From a virus (lineage: Duplodnaviria > Heunggongvirae > Uroviricota > Caudoviricetes), in IMG/VR virus record IMGVR_UViG_3300028888_000102: 64,000 bases of DNA; one strand, written 5' to 3'. Positions 56,533 through 64,000 of the stretch are shown here, piece after piece. How positions within the stretch are numbered: the first letter of the stretch is position 1; each line of letters begins with the position of its first letter. The notes beneath the pieces were generated by a model that searched no databases, was not told where the DNA came from, and was given only the letters and a program-made list of their open reading frames with translations. The translations under genes were made by a program, and so were the position numbers.

Positions 56533-56913
56533 ATGAATAACAGACAATTGAATAATATAATTTCGGAAGAAATCAACCGATATACACTACGTCAGCAAGT
56601 ACGTGCAATTGTAAGTGAAGAAGTAAACCGCTACATTGCGGGGTTTCTAAACGAGGAAGAAACCAAAAAGGCAAAGAAAAAATCAAAAGTAACCGACTCA
56701 ATGAGGGCTGAAGTTACTGCGTGGCTTCAAAGTGCTGACTTCGTTCTTGACTCACAAGTTGCCTACGAACTATTTGGTGGTGGAGAAGGTACAGAGGAGG
56801 GTGATGCTGCAAGAAGTCTTTTTGCCAAAAAGAAACATAACAAAGATGGTCACTCGTTCAACGACGATGAGACACTTAAACTGTATCAGATTAAAAACTC
56901 TATTTCATCTTAA
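56533..56913 (+). CDS. hypothetical protein (126 aa), lone plus-strand gene in minus-strand block
   Basis: ATG ORF followed by hairpin terminator. Confidence 0.5.
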   Translation: MNNRQLNNIISEEINRYTLRQQVRAIVSEEVNRYIAGFLNEEETKKAKKKSKVTDSMRAEVTAWLQSADFVLDSQVAYELFGGGEGTEEGDAARSLFAKKKHNKDGHSFNDDETLKLYQIKNSISS

Positions 56914-56937
56914 CAAAAACACATACAATATAACCGT

Positions 56938-56972
56938 GAATGCATCCCGAAAAGAGATGCATTCATTGTTTT
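56938..56972. terminator. hairpin terminator between convergent genes (GAATGCAT-N11-ATGCATTC + TTGTTTT)
   Basis: 8-bp stem read directly. Confidence 0.5.
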
Positions 56973-57558
56973 ATAACTTGGTTTTCCTGTGCTCCTCAAA
57001 CTCTTCCTCTGTAAACCAAATGTGTTCGTTATCGTAAGCAATATATGTAACATCTGGTAATATACCACCCTTTGCACAACGCTGATGTACGATTTCTTCG
57101 ATGGTTGCGATGTTATTCTGTACAAACGTATAAACATCATAAATATGTTCAAAGGTCTCAGGTGGAAATTTAGGTCCGTCAAAATCACACTCGGTGCCTG
57201 GAATCACTTTGTCATAACAACCGATTATCCTTGCGACCATTTCAACTGTTTCGCCATTAAAAAGGTCATATGTATCAATCCCGTAATACTTCTGTTTGTC
57301 TGTTTCTGCATACATCTTTGACCGTTCCGATTCCTCTGAAATTTTAAGCAGTTGACCCTTAATTGTCTCGGCGATTTCGGCAAAATGCCCTTGTTCTTCA
57401 TTCTTAACGAGCAAAGAGATTTCATCAATCTTCTTGTCGATGATGTTTACGTTCTTGTCTAACGCTTGTTCTGGATGGGAAACAAAAATCTCGCCCAAAA
57501 AAAGATTAGAAATCAACGACAAATGTTCTTCAGTGAACTTAATTTTAATTCTTGCCAT
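56971..57558 (-). CDS. hypothetical protein (about 195 aa; ATG 57558, track start 57567 is TTG)
   Basis: ORF verified codon by codon at both ends. Confidence 0.5.
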   Translation of the reverse strand: MARIKIKFTEEHLSLISNLFLGEIFVSHPEQALDKNVNIIDKKIDEISLLVKNEEQGHFAEIAETIKGQLLKISEESERSKMYAETDKQKYYGIDTYDLFNGETVEMVARIIGCYDKVIPGTECDFDGPKFPPETFEHIYDVYTFVQNNIATIEEIVHQRCAKGGILPDVTYIAYDNEHIWFTEEEFEEHRKTKL

Positions 57559-57577
57559 AACTTTCAAATGTATTTTT

Positions 57578-58441
57578 TTATTCTTCTTTCAGTTTAGAAA
57601 TTGCACTATTATATAGTTGCCTTATTCTTTCCCTACACACGCCAAGATTTAACGCCATTGCATCCATGCTTTCCTGTTCGCACCCAATGCCATAAAATCT
57701 TCGAACGACATACTCCTCCCTGTCATTTAAATTCGAACGCAACAATGTCGATACATATTCCTGAATATACTCGTATTCATGATTTTCTTCAATGTCGTTA
57801 TTTGCGCATACAAAGATTGCTTCTTGTACTTTCTTTACGTTTGGCTTCACGTCTTCGTTGTCCGATGTCCCCTCGTCAATGGAAAAAACATCAAACTGTG
57901 CGATGTCATTGGTATCAGTAACGTTAATCCCATATTTTTCCTTGAGCATGTCTTTCAGTTCCACTAATGTAGGATAACGTTCATTGATGGTATAGAAACG
58001 ACTTCTTGCTTTGTTCACATAAGTATAAATCTTATTTGCGTTTGAAGGCCTTACAATACCTTGTTTGTTTATCACGTAGTTGTTTATATACTTACGTATC
58101 CAATATACAGCATAGGTCAAGAATCTTTCCTCTCTATTAATGTCATATTTGTCAATTGCAGTCAGCAAACCAATGTTTCCTTCTTCAATCACGTCCATAA
58201 TGTTGTCTCCGTCATACCATTTCTTAGCAACGGAAACAACAAAACGTTGGTTGCAATTAACTAACTTGTCTCTTGCATCTTTTGCTTCATCTTCTGAACC
58301 GTTCTTGATTTTTTCAAGAAGTTCCCTCTCTTCGCGTTGTGATAAAACAGGATACCTGCGTATTTCATTGAAGTACGCTTCAGTTGTTTTGGTTCTGTTT
58401 ATAAACCCTTTGTCTATTTTACAATCTACAGCAAATGCCAT
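57578..58441 (-). CDS. RNA polymerase sigma-70 family factor
   Basis: region 2 FLTYAVYWIRKYI, region 4 HTH LGVCRERIRQLYNSAISKL. Confidence 0.8.
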   Translation of the reverse strand: MAFAVDCKIDKGFINRTKTTEAYFNEIRRYPVLSQREERELLEKIKNGSEDEAKDARDKLVNCNQRFVVSVAKKWYDGDNIMDVIEEGNIGLLTAIDKYDINREERFLTYAVYWIRKYINNYVINKQGIVRPSNANKIYTYVNKARSRFYTINERYPTLVELKDMLKEKYGINVTDTNDIAQFDVFSIDEGTSDNEDVKPNVKKVQEAIFVCANNDIEENHEYEYIQEYVSTLLRSNLNDREEYVVRRFYGIGCEQESMDAMALNLGVCRERIRQLYNSAISKLKEE

Positions 58442-58445
58442 AATG

Positions 58446-59000
58446 TTATTTCTTTTTTAAAATTACCACACATTTATTGCCTTCGTATTTTGGCATTGAT
58501 TCGGCTATTGCAACATCAGACAGCATATCAACAAACATATAAATTGGTTTTTTTGATATATCGCGTCTACTTAGTTCCCTTCCTTTCATTGTTAATACAA
58601 CCTTGACCTTATCACCGTTTGTTATAAAACTTTCTGCTTTCTTTGCCTTAATGCTCATGTCGTGTTCGGTAATGTTGACAGAGAGTTGTACTTCCTTTAC
58701 TGTTGTGGTATTCTTGTGTTTCTGTTTTAACGATTTTTTTAATTCAAACAGATACTTCGAATAATCACAAACCCTAAGTATTGCTGGTGTTGCTCTTCCA
58801 TTGATTTCTACTAAATCCAAATTCATGCGTTCGGCAATTCGTTTTGCCTCTTGCAGGGTTGTCAATTTGTTGAAATCTTCTGAACTGTTTTCTCCATGAT
58901 GCTTCTTGTATATCAAACGAACATCATTATAACCCCTAATTTCGTCATTAATCCTCGGTTCAATGACAGTATCTTTTTTCTTACCCTTAGCCATTATCAA
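58446..59000 (-). CDS. infC: translation initiation factor IF-3
   Basis: RINDEIR..VRLI, LDLVEI..P...R.CDYSKY, VKEVQL...KGRELSRRD align with IF3 N- and C-domains. Confidence 0.75.
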   Translation of the reverse strand: MIMAKGKKKDTVIEPRINDEIRGYNDVRLIYKKHHGENSSEDFNKLTTLQEAKRIAERMNLDLVEINGRATPAILRVCDYSKYLFELKKSLKQKHKNTTTVKEVQLSVNITEHDMSIKAKKAESFITNGDKVKVVLTMKGRELSRRDISKKPIYMFVDMLSDVAIAESMPKYEGNKCVVILKKK

Positions 59001-59566
59001 GCCAAATAAAACATTTTATAATAAGCATTTATATCCTTTCTCATTTCAAGATATTCCTTATAATTTTCTTCACGTAGTTTGTTTATAATCATATTACGTT
59101 CATCACGCTTGTCAAGTTGTTCATAATCATATAGATATAAGTCAATATTCTTAGTGTTTTCCTCTATGATTTGCATTACCCTATCTCTGTCGCCATTTCC
59201 ATCAAATCTCGTTGTACCTATTAATGTAGTAGCAACTCTTTTCCCTTTAAATTCAGCGTTTGCTGTTGATAGGCAATTAATAAGTGCATCCTCATTAAGA
59301 AAAACACGTTTACTGTGTGGATAACCAGCAATATACATCAAAGATATAATAGGCTTTATGTTATCAAATGTAAGTCTTTTTCCATACTTGTTTGTATCAC
59401 CATAAGGTGTACCCGAATTAATTTCGTCAACAATAGGAAATTTACTTGCAATTTTAGATTGGAAACCATTGGTCAGCATCGAATAGATGCTTGTTCCAAC
59501 CAATATAACATCATAATTTTCAACGTCAAGAATGAGGTCTCTACCCTCTATCAAATTCTGTATCAT
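58997..59566 (-). CDS. macro-domain-like protein (tentative)
   Basis: DVILVGTSIYSMLTNGF..I and VATTLIGTTRFDGNG resemble macro-domain diphosphate-binding loops. Confidence 0.4.
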   Translation of the reverse strand: MIQNLIEGRDLILDVENYDVILVGTSIYSMLTNGFQSKIASKFPIVDEINSGTPYGDTNKYGKRLTFDNIKPIISLMYIAGYPHSKRVFLNEDALINCLSTANAEFKGKRVATTLIGTTRFDGNGDRDRVMQIIEENTKNIDLYLYDYEQLDKRDERNMIINKLREENYKEYLEMRKDINAYYKMFYLA

Positions 59567-60026
59567 TTATCAACCACTGTTCTATTCTATCGTAAAAAAC
59601 TAAATGTGCCCTATGGGTTATCCTCCTCGTTGTCTCTAAATCAAACCATCCATATTTGTCAATCTCAGGTGTTACGTTATCTTCACACATATTAGAATAA
59701 CATTTAGATGGGTCGATGTCAATGCCATCAGATTCTGAAGTAAATTCTAAACCATATGCAACAACGCATTTTTGAGGATTCTGTTGCGCTGTGCCTAATG
59801 GTATGAACTCCTTATCATCAAGTCCAACAAGACTTATGCCTGATTCTTCTTCAAATTCACGTTTAGCGGCTTCAAGCCAATTTTCGCCTTCTTCGACACC
59901 ACCTTTAAGGTAAGCCCAATAATTTTTGTTTTTCCAATACTCACCGCCAGGATGACCTAAGAAAAATTCTAATTTGTCACTCTTTGGGTTAAACCTAAAT
60001 GGTATTATACCAGCTGAATAGTTCAT
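59541..60026 (-). CDS. Nudix hydrolase
   Basis: Nudix box [22 protein letters not shown]. Confidence 0.8.
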   Translation of the reverse strand: MNYSAGIIPFRFNPKSDKLEFFLGHPGGEYWKNKNYWAYLKGGVEEGENWLEAAKREFEEESGISLVGLDDKEFIPLGTAQQNPQKCVVAYGLEFTSESDGIDIDPSKCYSNMCEDNVTPEIDKYGWFDLETTRRITHRAHLVFYDRIEQWLINDTEFDRG

Positions 60027-61096
60027 TTAAAATTTTTGCTTTTCTTTAAGTTTTCAATAAGTTTTTTGTCTTCCTTTGAAATCGTTTTTGGCATTTTCAT
60101 ATTAATTGTGATGTCCAAAAAACCTCTTTTTCCGTTTTTGTCAGGTAGCCCTTTATCCTTTAAACGAACTCTGAAGCCATCCTTAACGCCAGGTTTAATA
60201 TTAAATTTATACGTCTTTCCGTCAATATGTTCTATTGATGCATCACAACCTGTAATACAGTCAAGAACCGAAATTTCTTTTGTTGCTGACAAATTATATG
60301 AAACACTATTGTCGGTTGATACGCTTATGCCTTTTTCAGGTTCTACAATAAAGAAGATGATAAGGTTTCCCGCAATACCGTCAACTGATGCATTTCCTCG
60401 GCCTGGAACTGTAAAATAAACGTTATTGGTGGCACCTTTTGGGATAACAAAACTGTATTTTTCTTTTTTTCTGACTAACCCCTTACCACCGCAATGCTTA
60501 CAAACATCCTCAAATGTAACACCACGGCCTTTACATGACGGACACATGTTTATATACTCAGTATAACCAAAAGCAGTTCTGTGTCTTTCTTTAATTTGTC
60601 CAGTTCCGCCACAACGTTTACAGGTTTCAACCTTTCCGTCTTTTGCACCAGTTCCGTTACAGTGTTCGCACAAAACAATCGGTTCATAAGTGACCGTCTT
60701 AGTGCCGCCACTATATACTTCGGACAATTTTACCCTCACATTGAGTCTAATATCACTTCCTTTTCTTTTTACATTTGCTCCACCAAAAAACGCGTCAAAA
60801 TCCATACCGAACTGTCTTCTAATTATGTCGGCGATATCGTCAGCACTATAGTTCGAGAAATTTTCTTCGGCAGTACCATACATATCGTATTTCAGTTTCT
60901 TGTCTTTATCACCAAGAACACTATACGCTTCATTGACTTCCTTAAATTTATCCTCTGCAATCTTTTTCTCACTATCCGACTTACCGACTTGTTTGTCGGG
61001 GTGATATTTAACCGCTAGTTTCCTATACGCCTTTTTAATGGTTTCCTCATCGGCGTTACGGTCTATACCCAGTATTTCGTAATAATCTTTGTTCAT
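60023..61096 (-). CDS. dnaJ: DnaJ (Hsp40) co-chaperone
   Basis: J-domain DYYEILGI...YHPDK, four CxxCxGxG zinc-finger repeats. Confidence 0.9.
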   Translation of the reverse strand: MNKDYYEILGIDRNADEETIKKAYRKLAVKYHPDKQVGKSDSEKKIAEDKFKEVNEAYSVLGDKDKKLKYDMYGTAEENFSNYSADDIADIIRRQFGMDFDAFFGGANVKRKGSDIRLNVRVKLSEVYSGGTKTVTYEPIVLCEHCNGTGAKDGKVETCKRCGGTGQIKERHRTAFGYTEYINMCPSCKGRGVTFEDVCKHCGGKGLVRKKEKYSFVIPKGATNNVYFTVPGRGNASVDGIAGNLIIFFIVEPEKGISVSTDNSVSYNLSATKEISVLDCITGCDASIEHIDGKTYKFNIKPGVKDGFRVRLKDKGLPDKNGKRGFLDITINMKMPKTISKEDKKLIENLKKSKNFK

Positions 61097-61111
61097 TTTA
61101 ACTACTTTTTA

Positions 61112-61121
61112 TGCAAAGGTA
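61112..61121 (-). promoter_or_regulatory. promoter-like TGCAAAGGTA (rc TAccTTTG) upstream of dnaJ
   Basis: 16 nt upstream of ATG 61096. Confidence 0.35.
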
Positions 61122-61232
61122 TGGCTATTTTCAGTAATAGCCAAATTTTATTTCTTAATAAAAGTTAATAGATAGTTTATGCCGACGAAGAAAAACAATC
61201 AACGCCGGCATAATCCTATCTGCTATTGGTCA

Positions 61233-63155
61233 TCACTTCGCATCTTGAACTTCAACGTTTTCATCGTTGTTGTTAGGCTGTTGGTTATTACCCATTTGGG
61301 ACTTAAATAAGTCTTCTGGATTAAACCCACCCATGTTTGGGTTAAATCCTCCTTGTGTTCCACCATAAGCCTTCATGGAAATGCCATACCACTTTTCTTG
61401 CACTTCCCTTTCAATGTCATCAAAGCCCGAATAATCATCGTTCTTCTGCATATTCTTGAGTGCTTCAATCTTATCCTCAAAGTATTTCTTCTCGTCTTCC
61501 GTAATATGGTCTTTCAGACTGTCCATGCTCTGCTCGGTTGTGTAAATCAATGACTCGCACTTATTTACCTTTTCAAGTTTCTCCCTAACCTTGGTGTCTT
61601 CTTCTGCATGGGCATAGGCTTCGTCCTTCATGCGTTGGATTTCCTCTTCGCTAAGGCCGCTTGAACCCTCAATGCGTATACTCTGTTCTTTTCCGGTTGC
61701 TTTATCCTTTGCACTTACATTCATGATACCGTTTGCGTCAACCTCAAATGTCACTTCAATTTGCGGAACACCTCTACGAGCGGGTGCTATTCCATCAAGA
61801 TTAAATCTACCAAGTGACTTATTATCATTTGCCATAGGACGTTCACCCTGAAGCACATGAATGGTAACAGAAGGTTGATTATCCTCTGCAGTTGAAAATA
61901 CTTGACTTCTTCGAACAGGTATTGTTGTATTTGCATCAATTAGTTTGGTCATTACACCACCTAGTGTCTCAATACCTACACTAAGAGGTACTACATCAAG
62001 AAGAAGTACATCTTTAACATCACCAGAAAGTACGCCACCTTGGATTGCCGCTCCAACAGCAACTACCTCATCGGGATTAACACCCTTTGAGGGTGCTTTA
62101 CCGAAAAACTTTTCAACAACGTTTTGTACTGCTGGAATACGTGTTGAACCACCAACAAGAATAATTTCATCAATGTCATTTGTTTTTAATCCTGCATCTT
62201 CCAATGCCTTCTTGCATGGGTCAATTGTGCTCTTAATCAGGTCATCACACAGTTGTTCAAACTTAGCACGAGACAGTGTTTTAACCAAATGCTTTGGCAT
62301 ACTATCAACCTGAGTAATATAAGGAAGATTGATTTCAGTAGTGGTTGAACTTGACAACTCAATCTTTGCCTTTTCAGCAGCCTCTTTCAGGCGTTGCAAC
62401 GCCATTGGGTCTTTCCTCAAGTCAATATTGTTTTCAGACTTGAATTCGTCAGCAAGCCACTCGATAATCTTCTGGTCGAAGTCATCACCACCAAGATGAG
62501 TATTACCATTGGTTGACTTAACCTCAAACACACCATCACCCAACTCAAGAATTGAAATATCGAACGTACCACCACCAAGGTCAAACACAGCGACCTTTTT
62601 GTCTGAATTGTCTTTGTCGAGTCCATAAGCAAGTGCCGCGGCTGTAGGTTCATTAACAATGCGTTGTACCTTAAGACCTGCGATTTCACCTGCTTCCTTT
62701 GTTGCTTTACGCTGTGCGTCATTAAAGTATGCCGGAACAGTAATCACAGCTTCTTCAACAGTCGTGCCAAGATAATCTTCTGCTGTTTTCTTCATCTTCT
62801 GAAGAATCATTGCGGAAACCTCCTGTGGGGTATATTGACGATTATTTACATCAACCCTCGGTTGTCCGTTTGTATCCCTAACAACCTTAAATGGCATCCT
62901 GTCCACATCAGCCTTTACATGGTCATAGGTTTCACCCATGAAACGCTTAATCGAAAAAATAGTGCCAGTTGGATTCATGATTGCCTGTCGCTTTGCAGGG
63001 TCTCCCACAAGGCGTTCACCATCTTCCTTGAAAGCAACTACCGAAGGGGTAGTGTTTCGTCCCTCACTGTTTGCTACCACAACAGGCTTTGAACCCTCAA
63101 GTACTGAAATACAACTGTTGGTTGTTCCTAAGTCAATACCAATAATTTTTCCCAT
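61233..63155 (-). CDS. dnaK: DnaK (Hsp70) chaperone
   Basis: [18 protein letters not shown], full 640-aa Hsp70 architecture. Confidence 0.95.
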   Translation of the reverse strand: MGKIIGIDLGTTNSCISVLEGSKPVVVANSEGRNTTPSVVAFKEDGERLVGDPAKRQAIMNPTGTIFSIKRFMGETYDHVKADVDRMPFKVVRDTNGQPRVDVNNRQYTPQEVSAMILQKMKKTAEDYLGTTVEEAVITVPAYFNDAQRKATKEAGEIAGLKVQRIVNEPTAAALAYGLDKDNSDKKVAVFDLGGGTFDISILELGDGVFEVKSTNGNTHLGGDDFDQKIIEWLADEFKSENNIDLRKDPMALQRLKEAAEKAKIELSSSTTTEINLPYITQVDSMPKHLVKTLSRAKFEQLCDDLIKSTIDPCKKALEDAGLKTNDIDEIILVGGSTRIPAVQNVVEKFFGKAPSKGVNPDEVVAVGAAIQGGVLSGDVKDVLLLDVVPLSVGIETLGGVMTKLIDANTTIPVRRSQVFSTAEDNQPSVTIHVLQGERPMANDNKSLGRFNLDGIAPARRGVPQIEVTFEVDANGIMNVSAKDKATGKEQSIRIEGSSGLSEEEIQRMKDEAYAHAEEDTKVREKLEKVNKCESLIYTTEQSMDSLKDHITEDEKKYFEDKIEALKNMQKNDDYSGFDDIEREVQEKWYGISMKAYGGTQGGFNPNMGGFNPEDLFKSQMGNNQQPNNNDENVEVQDAK

Positions 63156-63177
63156 TTCTTTCGTCGTTTAATTTTAA

Positions 63178-63669
63178 TTATTTTTCAGTAAATTCCTTAA
63201 AACTTCTTTCAATTTTCTCCATCAAATCAGCAAACCTTTTCATTTCTTTTCTTGCACAAGCAAGTTGCTCTTTCAGTTCGTTGTTTTCTTTGGCCAAAAA
63301 TCTGTTTGCTTCTGTAAGACTGTCAATGATTTCATCTTTTGCTCTTAAATCACCTTCAATAGTTCCTTTGTCAGGACAATCTTCTTTTTTGGACTTATCG
63401 CAAATACACTTGTTTTCTTTTCCTGAACATTTTCCTTCAACTGGAATCCATTCACCACCCTTTAATTCTTTCACTTCATGACTAACATGTTTACCATCAC
63501 GATAAACATCGGTTTTCATGTATCCATGAATGTTATTGTCGTTTTTTTCTTCTTTTTCCTTATCACACATTTCTGAAAATTCAATCGGTGAAAGCAAAAA
63601 TGGTGTTTCAAACATGTCATTCATCATGCGAATGCATCTTACATAATCTCTATAACTCATATTTTTCAT
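63178..63669 (-). CDS. hypothetical coiled-coil protein (163 aa) upstream of dnaK (not recognisably GrpE)
   Basis: Cys/Lys-rich middle, C-terminal coiled coil. Confidence 0.5.
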   Translation of the reverse strand: MKNMSYRDYVRCIRMMNDMFETPFLLSPIEFSEMCDKEKEEKNDNNIHGYMKTDVYRDGKHVSHEVKELKGGEWIPVEGKCSGKENKCICDKSKKEDCPDKGTIEGDLRAKDEIIDSLTEANRFLAKENNELKEQLACARKEMKRFADLMEKIERSFKEFTEK

Positions 63670-63744
63670 AATATATATTTTATCTTATTTTGTGTTTGAA
63701 AAGTATGCAATACTTGTGCCATTGCCTATTTAACTGACAAATTG

Positions 63745-63999
63745 TCATAATTCTTCAATTTTTGTCCGATAATATGACGTTTTGTCAGGTAATTCCCTGA
63801 CAGATTTTGGCACACTTTCGTATATTTCTTTCATTTTATTCTTTGGCATTATTGAATGTTCACAAAGGTAAAGGGATGACTTTTTAAGCATTTTTCTCCA
63901 TTCGCTACCTTCTTTAAACGTGTCTTTGACATCAATATAGCATTCAAGTAAAATTGATTTTATCTTATCGTTTATCTTTGTATCATCAAATTCCTTAAC
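63745..63999 (-). CDS. partial CDS (3' end; 5' part beyond window end)
   Basis: frame ...VKEFDDTKINDKIKSILLECYIDVKDTFKEGSEWRKMLKK...TKIEEL then TGA at 63747..63745. Confidence 0.4.
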   Translation of the reverse strand, partial: VKEFDDTKINDKIKSILLECYIDVKDTFKEGSEWRKMLKKSSLYLCEHSIMPKNKMKEIYESVPKSVRELPDKTSYYRTKIEEL

Positions 64000-64000
64000 A

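Noticed and set aside
61123-61142. Hairpin ggctattttcagtaatagcc between dnaK and dnaJ as a terminator
   Set aside because: No convincing U-run on the transcribed (minus) strand. It overlaps a promoter-like element instead and more likely modulates read-through than terminates.
55328-63155. OmpA, DnaK, DnaJ, IF-3 and a sigma factor suggesting that this end of the window is bacterial chromosome
   Set aside because: The genes are embedded in the same tightly packed minus-strand array, use the same conserved promoter 16-mer and are flanked by phage-type small ORFs and a Nudix gene. A huge-phage origin is more parsimonious, though it is not proven from this window alone.
63178-63669. Gene upstream of dnaK as grpE
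   Set aside because: Size fits, but the sequence shows no GrpE-like pattern. It has a Cys/Lys-rich centre and a C-terminal coiled coil instead.
1-64000. Stop-codon reassignment (TAG or TGA recoding) as seen in some huge Bacteroidetes phages
   Set aside because: Long conserved genes (dnaK, dnaJ, flotillin, ligase, methyltransferases) are intact under the standard code. TAA, TAG and TGA all terminate ORFs at sensible gene boundaries (e.g. TAG at 4916, TGA at 8192 and 46087).
1-64000. tRNA genes
   Set aside because: No T-loop-like GGTTCGAATCC/GGTTCAAATCC (or reverse complement) segments and no tRNA-sized conserved noncoding gaps were spotted by eye. A proper tRNAscan is still needed.

Overview
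This AT-rich (~33% GC), densely coding 64-kb window looks like a nonstructural (early/accessory) region of a large phage, or less likely another mobile element, of a Bacteroidetes host. The host call rests on the Bacteroidetes -7 promoter element TAnnTTTG. It recurs as an extended motif TGTAGTATATTTGCAA (TTGCAAATATACTACA on the opposite strand) upstream of at least 14 genes.

Gene layout:
- Positions 1-7.9 kb hold about 15 plus-strand genes, including a CofE-like gamma-glutamyl ligase.
- Positions 8.2-63.7 kb form an almost uninterrupted minus-strand array of more than 100 genes. Most are small hypothetical proteins of 60-250 aa, and several form paralog families.

Recognisable functions (all calls from motifs read by eye in the ORF translations; no database searches were run):
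- A GatB/YqeY-domain protein.
- Four Dam-family (D12-class, DPPY) adenine methyltransferases, one PF01555-type methyltransferase, one degenerate methyltransferase-like protein, and two PD-(D/E)xK nuclease candidates.
- A recombination module: a RecB-family exonuclease next to an SSB with a DDLPF tail.
- A flotillin (SPFH) / NfeD pair.
- A translationally coupled RNA-repair cassette: an Rnl2-type RNA ligase, a calcineurin-like phosphoesterase, and an HD phosphohydrolase fused to a P-loop polynucleotide kinase.
- A HAD 5'-nucleotidase and an IMPDH/GMP-reductase-family enzyme.
- An OmpA-like outer-membrane protein.
- A sigma-70 family factor, translation initiation factor IF-3, a macro-like protein with a Nudix hydrolase, and DnaJ with DnaK.

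No capsid, terminase, integrase, tRNA or CRISPR features were recognised. There is no evidence of stop-codon reassignment.

The most system-like novelties:
- The three-enzyme RNA healing-and-sealing cassette.
- The phage-borne flotillin-NfeD pair.
- The methyltransferase arsenal with an embedded candidate restriction-modification pair.
- The Nudix plus macro-like ADP-ribose-processing pair next to a phage IF-3 and sigma factor.
- A Cys/Asn nonapeptide-repeat protein.
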